Source: a virus
IMG/VR virus record: IMGVR_UViG_3300008108_000181
Location: 17,197-81,196 of that record
Length of the DNA stretch: 64,000 bases
Direction: 5' to 3' (one strand)
In this document: one piece after another, positions 28,697-39,209 of the stretch
Layout of the letters: each line of letters begins with the position of its first letter
Position numbering within the stretch: the stretch's first letter is position 1
The notes under the pieces: generated by a model
Database searches by the model: none
The model's input: the letters and a program-made list of their open reading frames with translations, nothing else
Told to the model about the DNA's origin: nothing
Program-made: the position numbers and the translations under genes

Positions 28697-30115
28697 TTAA
28701 TAAGTTTTACTTGTAAAATCAGTTGGATAAATTTCTTTTTTATATTGTTCTACTGCATTTTGATTACCCCCTTGGTAATTAATCCAAAACTCAATAGCTT
28801 TTCTATCGTTAATCCATCTATCTCTTTTACTCCAATCAAATCGTGGGTTAGTATAATATGGACCATCTTTATATGGTGTCTTCCAACCACCACCTTCATA
28901 CCATTCCATATATTCTTCGTCAGATATTACTCCATCACCATCTTTATCTGCAGATAATTCATCATCCGAAACAACACCATCACCATTTAAATCTAATCCT
29001 TTTTTGGATTTTTTTTCAAGATAGTTGTCAAATGCTTCTTTTAATACTTCGTTTGGGTCTGAATCTTCTTTTATTGTTTCAAAAAATACTTCTCCATCAA
29101 TTGACGATAGTATGTATGGTTTATCTTCTAATCCATCCATTAAAGTGACATCCCAATCATCATACAAACCATCTTTCTCATCTGCTTCTATGATTTCTTT
29201 AATAAGTTCTCTTTGTTTTTCTTTATCATTGGCTATACCAGCATCATCTATAATAACATCCATTCCTTTTTCTGATAAATCATCACCATATAATTCTCTT
29301 TTCTGAATCACTTTCTTTTTATCTTCTTCACCTTTATCAACTTTCATAGCGTTATTGAAAGCAACTACTAATGCAATTGCAAGTGGGTCAAATACAAATA
29401 TGATGATTAAAATAAACCAGTTAATAATAACATCCATAGGTTTTCCTAATAAACCACTCAAGTATTCCAAAGGTCCTAATTCAGAACCCACTTCAACATT
29501 AGTATCAATTTCTAATATTTGTAATTGGATTGATTGTAGTGAATCTGCTGCAACTTGTCTTTTAGATTGAACTTCTTTTCGGTTTTGTTCTTCAATTACT
29601 ATACGAGATTGTGCTGCTCTTAATTCGGTTGTAGATACTGAACTTTGTGTTTTACCATTTTTATCAGTATACTGAATTTGTTGTGTCTTTGCAGATGATA
29701 GTGTAGAAATGTTTTCAGAAATTCTTTCTAACTCTTTATCATATCGAATAACATCATCTTCCCAAAACTTTTCTTTTTGTTGTAAGAATGTTTTTTCTTT
29801 TGATGTTACTGAATATAGTTTGAATGTATCTTGGAATGCAGCAGTTAGGAATCCATAAATACCAAGAGAGGTAATAAGAACCAATACTAAAGTTGCACCT
29901 AACAAATAGATTCGGAATCCTTTGTTAATCTTCTCCCAATAGTTGTAAAGGTAACCTGCAACAATTAGTTTAGCAAGTTCCAATGAGGATGCCATTAAAA
30001 TTACCGAGAGGGATGCACCGGCAAACAATTTCGCTAAACCAGTTACCGAAAAGAATGCTGCGTTAAATGCTATGAATAGTGCGGATAACCCTAATAATAG
30101 AGTTCTTAATTTCAT
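28697..30115 (-). CDS. Multi-pass membrane protein with coiled coil and two EF-hand-like loops
   Basis: Hydrophobic helices, IIIFVFDPLAI, DLNGDGVVSDDE, DKDGDGVISDEE. Confidence 0.75.
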   Translation of the reverse strand: MKLRTLLLGLSALFIAFNAAFFSVTGLAKLFAGASLSVILMASSLELAKLIVAGYLYNYWEKINKGFRIYLLGATLVLVLITSLGIYGFLTAAFQDTFKLYSVTSKEKTFLQQKEKFWEDDVIRYDKELERISENISTLSSAKTQQIQYTDKNGKTQSSVSTTELRAAQSRIVIEEQNRKEVQSKRQVAADSLQSIQLQILEIDTNVEVGSELGPLEYLSGLLGKPMDVIINWFILIIIFVFDPLAIALVVAFNNAMKVDKGEEDKKKVIQKRELYGDDLSEKGMDVIIDDAGIANDKEKQRELIKEIIEADEKDGLYDDWDVTLMDGLEDKPYILSSIDGEVFFETIKEDSDPNEVLKEAFDNYLEKKSKKGLDLNGDGVVSDDELSADKDGDGVISDEEYMEWYEGGGWKTPYKDGPYYTNPRFDWSKRDRWINDRKAIEFWINYQGGNQNAVEQYKKEIYPTDFTSKTY

Positions 30116-30121
30116 GTTGTA

Positions 30122-30301
30122 TTATCCTAAATGAACGATTTCTTGTAACTTCTCTAACCCATAGAGAATTTCTTTAAGATAAATTTCTGCTTGTTTTTGG
30201 TCTGCTGCTCTGTCACCAGAAACCATTTCTTTAACAATTTTGGTTCTTGATATCAAAGATTCGATAGTATCATCTGCTCTTTGTTTGTAAATATCTTTCA
30301 T
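30122..30301 (-). CDS. Small hypothetical protein, 59 aa (MKDIYKQRADD...), below the track cutoff
   Basis: Open frame from ATG 30301 to TAA 30122; late-type motif at 30324-30331. Confidence 0.7.
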   Translation of the reverse strand: MKDIYKQRADDTIESLISRTKIVKEMVSGDRAADQKQAEIYLKEILYGLEKLQEIVHLG

Positions 30302-30340
30302 AGTTATGTTTTTAGTACTACTTTATAAATATTGTGAGGT

Positions 30341-30368
30341 AAAAAAAGGGGAGTTTTCACTCCCCTTT
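30341..30368 (-). terminator. Intrinsic terminator after Hsp20
   Basis: Minus strand GGGGAGT-GAAA-ACTCCCC followed by T7. Confidence 0.85.
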
Positions 30369-30388
30369 CAAAAATCAAGTTAAAAAAA

Positions 30389-30754
30389 TTAATAAGAGAT
30401 TTTAAGAGTTCTACTCTTTCTTTCGTTCTTCTTATCAATTAATAAAACCAATAATCCATTTTCGAATTTAGCTTCTGATTTAGTACCATCGTAATCAGTA
30501 CCGACCGTAAGTTTCAAATCAATATCCTTTACAAACCGAGAAGTACCTTCTTCTTTTTTTGCAATGATATGAACGAATTCTTCGGTTACATCAACTTGGA
30601 TATTTTTTGGTGAATGACCGAGTGTGTTGATGATTACTTGTTGTTTTCCACTTTCCAATACTTCAACTTCAAATTGAGAAGTTTTGTAATTGTAAGTTGG
30701 TTCTTTTGCCAATTCTTTAAATAGTTTGTCAAATGTGTCAAGTGTGTAGAACAT
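30389..30754 (-). CDS. Small heat-shock protein (Hsp20/alpha-crystallin)
   Basis: LGHSPKNIQVDV...SEAKFENGLLVLLIDK. Confidence 0.8.
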   Translation of the reverse strand: MFYTLDTFDKLFKELAKEPTYNYKTSQFEVEVLESGKQQVIINTLGHSPKNIQVDVTEEFVHIIAKKEEGTSRFVKDIDLKLTVGTDYDGTKSEAKFENGLLVLLIDKKNERKSRTLKISY

Positions 30755-30859
30755 AGTTTTTTTCCTTTTTTTTAGTTAAACATTTATATCTTATTTTACA
30801 ATTTATATACCATAGGAGTTTTTATGACACAATGTCAGTTTGTATGTGACAACTTGTCA

Positions 30860-31519
30860 TTAGAATACTTTAGAATCTTCCCACTGTTTGTTTTCTTGTC
30901 TACAACTCATGTGGTCTGCCCAATGTAGAACATAAGGTAAATCTGTCTTCAATCTCATTTCTGGTCTGAACGAAATAAAGTATCCTTTTGTTGCTTCGTT
31001 ATACAATCCATCGGCCAACATAATACCAATCATTTCTTTTTCGTTGTACTGAATACCATATTGATTTAACAACCATAAGGCACGATGGGTGACATCCATA
31101 TAATGATTCTCACCATTAATCTTAAACATCATACCTTGATTCTTACGATGCCAATCAGAAGTTTCTTCAATATAGTGTGGTTGACCGGGAACCCCTAACT
31201 TACCTAAATCGTGATGGAATGCAGCAAAGAATAATTCTTCATCAGTAAAATCAACCTTAACTCCACCTTCCTCATACACCTTTTTAAGTTTGTATGAGTT
31301 TCTGGCAACATTCATAACATGGTCGATATATCCACCTACATACGCAGAGTGATAATGTTCTTTACCACTTGCAGGTGCAATTGCTAGTTCGGTCCCTAAT
31401 TCTGATTCCGAATACATATGAAGTAACTTTTCTAATCGTTCTCCACTAAATACTTTTTTCAGAGCCTCTATGAATCTATCATAGTTCCCTTGTAGTTGTT
31501 CTGCTGTATAATTTTTCAT
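30860..31519 (-). CDS. HD-domain phosphohydrolase
   Basis: APAS..HYHSAY.GGY.DH, HHDLGK, LHWAD. Confidence 0.88.
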   Translation of the reverse strand: MKNYTAEQLQGNYDRFIEALKKVFSGERLEKLLHMYSESELGTELAIAPASGKEHYHSAYVGGYIDHVMNVARNSYKLKKVYEEGGVKVDFTDEELFFAAFHHDLGKLGVPGQPHYIEETSDWHRKNQGMMFKINGENHYMDVTHRALWLLNQYGIQYNEKEMIGIMLADGLYNEATKGYFISFRPEMRLKTDLPYVLHWADHMSCRQENKQWEDSKVF

Positions 31520-31555
31520 TTTGCTAAGTTACAAAATTATTTTCATTTATCAAAA

Positions 31556-31900
31556 TTAATCCTCATAAATCTCCCTACCTGTCAGGGCTCGATATAGTAT
31601 TTCAATTTCTTCTTCTGATTTACAAAAACCAAGACCATTCAAATCTTCTAACTCTACATAATAGTGACCTTTTGGTAATCCAAGTTCTTTATTCTCATCA
31701 TTACAACTTGATATCATAACCAAACAATCTTCATCGGGATTATCTTTGGGTAAGGGTAGAACATAATAATAATAGACATAAGTACCACCTTCTTCATCCT
31801 CATCTTCTTCAATCTCCTCTATTTTCAACCAACCTTGTCTTTCAAAGGTTTCTTCAGTTATAGGAGTTTCTGGAAATTCAATAATATCTTCGTTTATCAT
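31556..31900 (-). CDS. Acidic hypothetical protein
   Basis: ORF track. Confidence 0.65.
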   Translation of the reverse strand: MINEDIIEFPETPITEETFERQGWLKIEEIEEDEDEEGGTYVYYYYVLPLPKDNPDEDCLVMISSCNDENKELGLPKGHYYVELEDLNGLGFCKSEEEIEILYRALTGREIYED

Positions 31901-31912
31901 TTGGATAATTTA

Positions 31913-32398
31913 TTATAGTAATCGTTCCAAAATACTATCCCAAGTTGGAAATTCATTTACAGTGTTGGTTTCCCAATTAGTACCGAACTGAAGAAGAGTA
32001 CCTCGAAACTCCCCAGCACCATTCTTGGTTCTATCATCGATTAGGTAATCACCCATCAACAAATCCTTTCGGTGAGTAATAAACATTTTCTTGTGGAATA
32101 GGTTACCAAAGTAATCCTCAATCCAAAATCTCTTATCCATTCCTGCCATTGGGTTTCCCCAAGGTGCGGTAGTTGCGATAAACAATTCGTACTTACCACA
32201 CTCTGCCAGTTTCTTCACCGCCTCGATAGCACCTTCCATAGGTGGAGCGTTTCGGAATAACCCTTGAATGTGGTCGGGATGTGTTTTGTATCGTTCTCTT
32301 AGATGTGGATGAAGGGTGAAGAAGTTTTCTATTGCCTTTCCAAAATCAACAAGGACACCGTCCATGTCAATGTAGATGATTTGTTTTCTCTCGTTCAT
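31913..32398 (-). CDS. 5'(3')-deoxyribonucleotidase (HAD, NT5C family)
   Basis: IYIDMDGVLVDF, KDLLMGDYLIDDR..NGA. Confidence 0.92.
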   Translation of the reverse strand: MNERKQIIYIDMDGVLVDFGKAIENFFTLHPHLRERYKTHPDHIQGLFRNAPPMEGAIEAVKKLAECGKYELFIATTAPWGNPMAGMDKRFWIEDYFGNLFHKKMFITHRKDLLMGDYLIDDRTKNGAGEFRGTLLQFGTNWETNTVNEFPTWDSILERLL

Positions 32399-32482
32399 AT
32401 TGTTTTTTATTATCTCTTAATCTTACATAACAAATATACAAAAAAAGTTTCGTATTTCCAAATCCTAGTCAATGTTTTTTAA

Positions 32483-33634
32483 TTAAATCAATGCTTTTTT
32501 GTTAAAATCACATTGAAGTAATTTAAATAAATCTCTAATCTCATTGTTTTTAAAAAAGTTTAAATAATTGTGAACTATTACATCTTGCATTTCATTCTTT
32601 AATTCTTTCAATTCATCCAAATTTAATTCGGATATAGTTTCCATCACCTTTACTATTTTATTAAATCGTTTTTTTAAATCAGTTTCAGTATCATAACTCT
32701 CATCCCACCAATTACTAAATGTTTTATAACCCAATTCATGTAATTTATTTAAAGTAAAAGGATTTCCAAATACAATAAAAGGTTGGCATAGGTAAATGGG
32801 TTTGTATGTTTTTTCGGATATAAAAAGTGAATCATTATCATATAGAGTTTCAGTAACGATATTTAAAAAAGATTTTAAATGAGCATCTACATTTAATCTT
32901 GCACCTCCACCTATTTTTTGATTATCCCAACGAGGGACATCATAATAATAGTTTTTATCAACACCTCGTAATGTTGTAATAGATTTATTTTTAAACTTTG
33001 AATTAGTAGTTAATTCATTAAACATTAATAATCTATTTTCTCTAGCTATACCGTTGAAACATAAAAAATGAAATTCAAAATTGGTATTCAAAAATTTAGT
33101 ATATTCAGTTTGATGTGAATTTACTTTTATTGAATCCAATTTAGATATTGATAGAAAGTTTATATGGTTACCAAAATAGTTGTAATTGATTATAGTAAAA
33201 TTATTATTTGAAAATTGAATTAGGTTTGAGGTAATTACAATAACATCATCCTTTGAAAAATTATATTTTTGACATAAGTCATTTATCCAATTCACACACG
33301 AAGTATTGAAATATCCTTCAAGTAAATAAGCAAAAACAATTTTACATTTTTTGAGTTTAATTGATGCTATTAAATTTTCATCTAAATCAATAGTTTTATG
33401 ATTGTCAAATAACTTATTATCAAATAGTATTATGGGATATATAAAATTTAAATTATTTTTAATAAAAAAATGAATACTACTTTCTTTAAAATTACCTAAA
33501 GTATTATCTAATAAATTTGAAATACTTGTTTTGCCACTGATAATCCAATCAGGTTCGATATCATAGTTGTGTAAGTTTAAATAAGATGTATTATCATAAC
33601 CAACATTTATTAATAAGTTTTTTAAATCACTCAT
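32483..33634 (-). CDS. Putative glycosyltransferase (GT-B, GT10-like ET...SEK motif)
   Basis: FLCFNG..R..R, FLNIVTET...FISEKTYKPI...PFIVFG; ends KKALI. Confidence 0.55.
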   Translation of the reverse strand: MSDLKNLLINVGYDNTSYLNLHNYDIEPDWIISGKTSISNLLDNTLGNFKESSIHFFIKNNLNFIYPIILFDNKLFDNHKTIDLDENLIASIKLKKCKIVFAYLLEGYFNTSCVNWINDLCQKYNFSKDDVIVITSNLIQFSNNNFTIINYNYFGNHINFLSISKLDSIKVNSHQTEYTKFLNTNFEFHFLCFNGIARENRLLMFNELTTNSKFKNKSITTLRGVDKNYYYDVPRWDNQKIGGGARLNVDAHLKSFLNIVTETLYDNDSLFISEKTYKPIYLCQPFIVFGNPFTLNKLHELGYKTFSNWWDESYDTETDLKKRFNKIVKVMETISELNLDELKELKNEMQDVIVHNYLNFFKNNEIRDLFKLLQCDFNKKALI

Positions 33635-34251
33635 ATCAAATCAGGTTCAAAGTACTTTTTATAAAAAATTTCAGATAATGATTTATGTGATTTAAATGAA
33701 AGATGATAATCTACTATTTGTCCTTCAGTTGCATCTTTTATAGTTTCAAGACCTTTTAAATCAGTCTGAACATTCCATAAAATTACTTTTTCACATCCCT
33801 TTTGTATGAGGAGTTTTTTAATCCATTCAAATCTTTTTATCTGTCTATTCTTATATAAAATGTTATCTGCAAAGTAATACTGGAAATTTATGATGGTTTC
33901 AAATTCATCATTCGTTAATCCATTTTCGGTTTTACTTTTTGAAAAATCGTGAACTATGGACTCAAAATGATTATTAATTGGTACATCAAATCGGTGGGCG
34001 TGTGTCATTCCAATAAACACATAATCATCTTTACTTATCTCTTTCCACGTATCAATTATAGTATCTATGATTGTATCGTTTGAACTTCCATTCTTTCCAA
34101 GATTTTTTAGTTCAACATTTAATTTATCACTTAACCATACTGGCCAAACCCCATCTCCTGATTTGTAATAACTTTCATAATACTCATCATTTGGATGACA
34201 CCCATGTCCTGCAGTATTACTATCACCAAATGTCCATAGTGTAGATTTCAT
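33631..34251 (-). CDS. SGNH/GDSL-like hydrolase or acyltransferase
   Basis: FGDSNTAG, NLGKNGSSN, DYHLS; ends EPDLI. Confidence 0.75.
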   Translation of the reverse strand: MKSTLWTFGDSNTAGHGCHPNDEYYESYYKSGDGVWPVWLSDKLNVELKNLGKNGSSNDTIIDTIIDTWKEISKDDYVFIGMTHAHRFDVPINNHFESIVHDFSKSKTENGLTNDEFETIINFQYYFADNILYKNRQIKRFEWIKKLLIQKGCEKVILWNVQTDLKGLETIKDATEGQIVDYHLSFKSHKSLSEIFYKKYFEPDLI

Positions 34252-34688
34252 AATTTAGAAGTATAACCAATACTTTCAACTAACTCAAACACAACATTAT
34301 TCCAATCTTCTATTTCAACATGGATTGAATTATATTTTTCTAACATAACACCACTAACTTTTCTGTAAAACCAAGTTGGTGAATACTTTGGTCTTGGTAT
34401 TTGTTTGGTGACATATAAGTTATAACCAAAACAAGTATCTGAAGTAAGTTCTTTAAACCAGACATATCCAATTGGTGTATTGTTTAATTTTAATAAAAAT
34501 AAATAATGTTTTGATTCTAATCTTAATTTGCAATCATCTATATCAAACATCCCATCCCACTTATATTCTGAATTAAATGAATCTATAAGTGATTGAATAT
34601 CGGAAATATAATTTTCTATATCCACTACAAGATGAGTGGTTAGTTCTTCTTTTATAAAATTATCTTTATGTAAAATATATTTTCTCAT
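34248..34688 (-). CDS. GNAT-like acetyltransferase (tentative)
   Basis: PIGYVWF...YNLYV...WN......ESIGY pattern. Confidence 0.5.
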   Translation of the reverse strand: MRKYILHKDNFIKEELTTHLVVDIENYISDIQSLIDSFNSEYKWDGMFDIDDCKLRLESKHYLFLLKLNNTPIGYVWFKELTSDTCFGYNLYVTKQIPRPKYSPTWFYRKVSGVMLEKYNSIHVEIEDWNNVVFELVESIGYTSKL

Positions 34689-35425
34689 CAGAATAATGTT
34701 TTTACATTTTTTACTTTATCATAAGGTAAATAAATAGAATCATATTTTTCTTTAAATTCATCATTAAGTTTTAGTTTTGTATCAAAGTGTTGGCTAGTAT
34801 TTATATTCATTAATTTAAAATCCATATTTAATTTATTTGATACCCACTCTTCTAATTTATACAACTCATTAAAATCAAACCATATTATATTAGGGTCATG
34901 GTTGTGCCACTTTGAATACGGAAATAATAAAATTTTTAACCAGTTTATACCATGTTGATTAACATTTAATTTATATTTTTTTATAAAAACTTGAACAATT
35001 ACTTCTACACTTTCTGCTGATTGTAAGTCATATTTTTTATACCATAATAATTCATCAATAGTAAGATTTGATAATTTATTAAATGTATCTAAATGATTAT
35101 ATCTATGAAACATTTTTAATATATGTTTCCATAAGGATATAAATCTTTCATACTTATTTCTCTTAACAGATATAACATCATAATGATATCCAAATTTTTC
35201 TTTTAAAATACGTATTTGCTCATGACCATGTACAAAGTCTATATCAAACTCTTGAAAATTTATTTGATTTATATTATCATATTGAGTGTGAATTAATTGA
35301 TTTTCTATATTAAACTCGGTATGATAGTGTTTAATTTCTAAATTTTGTTTTACACATGATGCCATAAATGCAGTAGATGCACATCTTGGTAATGATAAAT
35401 AAATAAATTTATTTTCTACTAACAT
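34688..35425 (-). CDS. Sulfotransferase-like protein (Sulfotransfer_2-type)
   Basis: FIYLSLPRCASTAF (5'-PSB-like), RNKYERFISLW (3'-PB-like); ends VKTLF. Confidence 0.65.
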   Translation of the reverse strand: MLVENKFIYLSLPRCASTAFMASCVKQNLEIKHYHTEFNIENQLIHTQYDNINQINFQEFDIDFVHGHEQIRILKEKFGYHYDVISVKRNKYERFISLWKHILKMFHRYNHLDTFNKLSNLTIDELLWYKKYDLQSAESVEVIVQVFIKKYKLNVNQHGINWLKILLFPYSKWHNHDPNIIWFDFNELYKLEEWVSNKLNMDFKLMNINTSQHFDTKLKLNDEFKEKYDSIYLPYDKVKNVKTLF

Positions 35426-36073
35426 TTAAATTATTGATTTTAAGTCTGTTTGTATTATACTAACATTACCAGAAACTGAAATTCTCTCAACTCCTTGTGT
35501 GTAAAATGGTGATACATAATGAATCAAATATGATGGAAATATAATTACCTCTCCCTTTTTAGGAGTGTGTTGAATCAAAGCTGATGGGGATAACAAATTA
35601 TTTACCAATTGAGTGTAAGGGGTTACATCGAGTTGTGTATTATTTCCATAAAAAAAAGATATTGTACCTGGTCGATATGATGCTTCACTAAATGGTTGTT
35701 CATTTATTATTTCTTGTGGGAAATCTAAATAAATTACAAATGATATTTCTCCATTATGATGTCTGTGTGGTGGATTATGTTCACCTGATTTTTGTCTATT
35801 AATCCATAAACTATTTAATGTTGTTTTATAGTTCGAATGGATAATACCTCTTTCAATTCGAATCCATTCGATATATTCTTTAATTTTTATTAATATATCT
35901 GATTCAAATTTCTTTTTTAATAATTCAGAATACGTTTTTTCGTTTTCAATATGACCAGCTAGGCTTGATTTAGCATCATCTCTTTGTTGTACACCGTCTA
36001 ATAACAAATCTGCCCTTAATTTTTCAGAGATAGTACTAATTAATACAGGTGGTCCAAATTTTAATTCTTTCAT
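35426..36073 (-). CDS. 2OG-Fe(II) oxygenase
   Basis: WINRQKSGEHNPPHRH, FPSYLIHYV, RISVSGN; ends LKSII. Confidence 0.85.
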   Translation of the reverse strand: MKELKFGPPVLISTISEKLRADLLLDGVQQRDDAKSSLAGHIENEKTYSELLKKKFESDILIKIKEYIEWIRIERGIIHSNYKTTLNSLWINRQKSGEHNPPHRHHNGEISFVIYLDFPQEIINEQPFSEASYRPGTISFFYGNNTQLDVTPYTQLVNNLLSPSALIQHTPKKGEVIIFPSYLIHYVSPFYTQGVERISVSGNVSIIQTDLKSII

Positions 36074-36102
36074 ATCAACTTATATGTTTTTTTTTTAGAA
36101 AA

Positions 36103-36846
36103 TTATATTAGTGTTTTATTATTTTTTTGAATATCATAATAATCATAAATGTCATTATATCTTTTTATAAACTCATCATTTAATTTTAATTCACATTCAA
36201 AATGCTGACTTCCATTTGATTTTTCCATTTTAAATGGTTTATTGGTTTTATTAGATACCCAATCCTCCAATTCTGTAAAATTTCCAAAATCAAAGTATTT
36301 TATTTTTGGATTATTATTATGCCAATACGATGTTGGTCTAAATGCAATTTGTAACATATTGATAAAATAATCATCAACGTATTTTTCAATACCATTTCTT
36401 TTACAAAACTCAATAAATACTAATTTTTCAGATTCATGTGAAATTAAATCGAAAGTTTTAAAAAATAATATATCATCTAAATTTAATTTTTTAAGTATAT
36501 TTACCAGTTCAATTGGATACCGATACCGTAATCGTTCCATTTCTACCATATCAATTGTGTGCTTCCATACCGAAATAAATCTTTCATATCTATTTCGTTT
36601 AATTGATATTATATCATATTTGTTTCCAAATTTATCAATTAACTCACTTGATTTTTCGTGAACATGAAATATATGGTCAGCTAATTCTTCATTATTCATA
36701 GATAAATCTATAAAATGTGCCGATTCATCATACCGTTTTTGATTAAAATGATTTATTTCAAATCCATGTCGAATACATGATATATAAAAAGAAAAAGATG
36801 CACATCTTGGTAAAGACACAAATAAAAATTTATTTTCTACTAACAT
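36103..36846 (-). CDS. Sulfotransferase-like protein, paralogue of 34688..35425
   Basis: Same MLVENKF..SLPRCAS start, RNRYERFISVWKH; ends NKTLI. Confidence 0.65.
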   Translation of the reverse strand: MLVENKFLFVSLPRCASFSFYISCIRHGFEINHFNQKRYDESAHFIDLSMNNEELADHIFHVHEKSSELIDKFGNKYDIISIKRNRYERFISVWKHTIDMVEMERLRYRYPIELVNILKKLNLDDILFFKTFDLISHESEKLVFIEFCKRNGIEKYVDDYFINMLQIAFRPTSYWHNNNPKIKYFDFGNFTELEDWVSNKTNKPFKMEKSNGSQHFECELKLNDEFIKRYNDIYDYYDIQKNNKTLI

Positions 36847-37491
36847 TTATATCAATGATTTTTGTTTTTTTATATATTCAAATCCAGTATTTCCAGCAAA
36901 TACTATTCTATCTATGTTAGATTTTGGTGCATTATTAGCAGCATGGGGAAGTGATGCCTCCATTATTATTAAATCATCTTCTTCTGGTCTAATCCAATAA
37001 TCTTCTCCAGTTTTTCCTTTTATATATAAAACACTATCATCTCCTTCTACAATATCAGGCATTTGTATATAATATACCCATGTGTAATGTGGAAAAAAAC
37101 CTTTTTGTTTTTTTTTAATTTCAATATGAGTATGGTATCTAGTATCATCTTTTGTTATGTGATACACATCATTATCTCCTTTTACAAATTCGCGTTGTAC
37201 TGGTTTTTTTGAACGAGTTACATTTATCCACGCATCTGCATTAAATTTATTGTATATATTATAATTTTTAATGTATAGTGATTTACACATCTTCCAACTT
37301 TTATTCATAATTTCATCAAATATAGCATCCATACCATCATAGTATGGATATGCATCGACCTCTTTAAATGGACTAAAAAAATCTTCCATTTCCATTTTAT
37401 AAAACCATTTTAATAAATGTTGTTTATTATCTAACATATTTAATTTTGTTTTCCAAATATAGGTAGAATTATCAAAATATATCTTTTCCAT
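36847..37491 (-). CDS. 2OG-Fe(II) oxygenase-like protein
   Basis: AWIN, YHTH, WVYYIQMP, LPHA, RIVFAGN; ends QKSLI. Confidence 0.7.
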   Translation of the reverse strand: MEKIYFDNSTYIWKTKLNMLDNKQHLLKWFYKMEMEDFFSPFKEVDAYPYYDGMDAIFDEIMNKSWKMCKSLYIKNYNIYNKFNADAWINVTRSKKPVQREFVKGDNDVYHITKDDTRYHTHIEIKKKQKGFFPHYTWVYYIQMPDIVEGDDSVLYIKGKTGEDYWIRPEEDDLIIMEASLPHAANNAPKSNIDRIVFAGNTGFEYIKKQKSLI

Positions 37492-37492
37492 A

Positions 37493-38773
37493 TTATATAA
37501 TATTTTTGTATATAGTATTTCTTTCTATAATAAAGTTATTATGAATTATACTTTTTAAAAATGAATTTTCATTGTTAATAAAACTCATTAATTTACTATG
37601 TGTGGTATTACTCCAATCAATACATAGCTGTCTATTAGTTTCATAATTTTTCATAAATTCTTCTACGAATAAAACAAATTTTTCAGGATTACCGTTTACC
37701 CTTTTTATTTCATTATAAAATGGATGTGAATGTGTATCTAATATTTCAGATACTACATCTAATGGATATTGATGAGTAGATATAAAAGGAATGTTAGCCA
37801 GTAAGAATCCATATGTTTTTTCAGATAAATAGTTTGATGTAAAATCACCTTCTTTCCAATCCCAAGTTTCGGATAGTATATGCATTTTAGACATAGGAAG
37901 AATTCTCATCAAATAATCCAAATAATGCTCTATGTTTTCAATCCAAGATATATCATCAAAATCATCTCCTTTATTAATATTGTAGTTGATATTTTTTTCT
38001 AATTGTTTAGAATACATAGTAAATTCTTTATTAATACAATTATCTACTCTCGAAAGATATATTCTTTCATCATTTAGTTTTGCTAATCCATTTATGATAC
38101 TAGTTCTATTTCTCTTATGATACCTCATAGAAAAACATAAATCATACGGTTGATTTAATTTACTAAATATGTTTTTAAATTCATAATACCAACGAATTGA
38201 TAGGAGTTCATTCCATTGATGTATTGTATTTGTCAAACAAAAAAAATGATTTGGATATTTGGTTTTCACGAACTCGTTAAAGATTACATTATCTGTTATG
38301 ATAAAATGATTTTTTAATCTATCTATCTGAACCTCCAAATCCATCACATTTGGATAGTTAATCCCATCATATTTAATGATAGATTTTTCAGTTCGTAATA
38401 AAAAAATAAACCAATTACTTTTATTTTCCAAAGTATCGGCTATCCATTTCATTATTGGAATATCATTAATACCAAATTCTGCTCCCCATTTTCCACGATG
38501 AGAAGTATCACCTTCTTTACGATTTACACAATCAATAATTTTTAACTTATCATCTTGGTTTATTTGTTCTAAACAAGTTAAAAAATCTAATATATGATAT
38601 CCATCGGTATTATCATTTATAAAAGGATTGAATACTAATTCCAAATCTTGCTTTTCATATCTGCAAAAAATAGAACCAATATTATTAGTTAGTTCATATC
38701 TCCTATTAGTTGTTTTATGAAACAACTTATAAAAAAGAGAAATGGAATAAAAATGATGAATGTAAAATTTCAT
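37493..38773 (-). CDS. Putative glycosyltransferase (GT10-like ET...SEK motif)
   Basis: HILSETW...YLSEKTYG...IPFI; ends YKNII. Confidence 0.5.
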   Translation of the reverse strand: MKFYIHHFYSISLFYKLFHKTTNRRYELTNNIGSIFCRYEKQDLELVFNPFINDNTDGYHILDFLTCLEQINQDDKLKIIDCVNRKEGDTSHRGKWGAEFGINDIPIMKWIADTLENKSNWFIFLLRTEKSIIKYDGINYPNVMDLEVQIDRLKNHFIITDNVIFNEFVKTKYPNHFFCLTNTIHQWNELLSIRWYYEFKNIFSKLNQPYDLCFSMRYHKRNRTSIINGLAKLNDERIYLSRVDNCINKEFTMYSKQLEKNINYNINKGDDFDDISWIENIEHYLDYLMRILPMSKMHILSETWDWKEGDFTSNYLSEKTYGFLLANIPFISTHQYPLDVVSEILDTHSHPFYNEIKRVNGNPEKFVLFVEEFMKNYETNRQLCIDWSNTTHSKLMSFINNENSFLKSIIHNNFIIERNTIYKNII

Positions 38774-38797
38774 TAAAAATAATAACCAATTTTAATA

Positions 38798-39181
38798 CTA
38801 AATTATTTTATTTTTTCTGATATCCCAGTATGTTTGCCAATATTTAGTTCCATAATCATGACACAATTCATCATCTGGTTCAATTTCCTTTAATGAATAA
38901 AATTCAATAAATTTATCATCTTTTACTTTCCAATTGATATTAGGAGAATCTGAATGATTATAAATAGCACCATACCCTAATGGAAAGATTCGTTTGGTGG
39001 TGTGTTCATCAATTTGAAACAAATAATCTAGTAATGGATTGATATTAGAATTATAAATTGGTAAAAAATAACAAGTTTCAACTATCTCACCTATATTAAT
39101 TTTTTCCAAAGTAAATACACCAAAACCCTTTACTTCGTCTATATACCTTATTTCTAATTTAATTTTATTAAAAATTTTCAT
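38798..39181 (-). CDS. SET-domain methyltransferase
   Basis: KGFGVF, GAIYNHSDSPN, ELCHDYG; ends KNKII. Confidence 0.9.
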   Translation of the reverse strand: MKIFNKIKLEIRYIDEVKGFGVFTLEKINIGEIVETCYFLPIYNSNINPLLDYLFQIDEHTTKRIFPLGYGAIYNHSDSPNINWKVKDDKFIEFYSLKEIEPDDELCHDYGTKYWQTYWDIRKNKII

Positions 39182-39209
39182 TTATTAAAAAAATAAGCAC
39201 AACCCTTAT

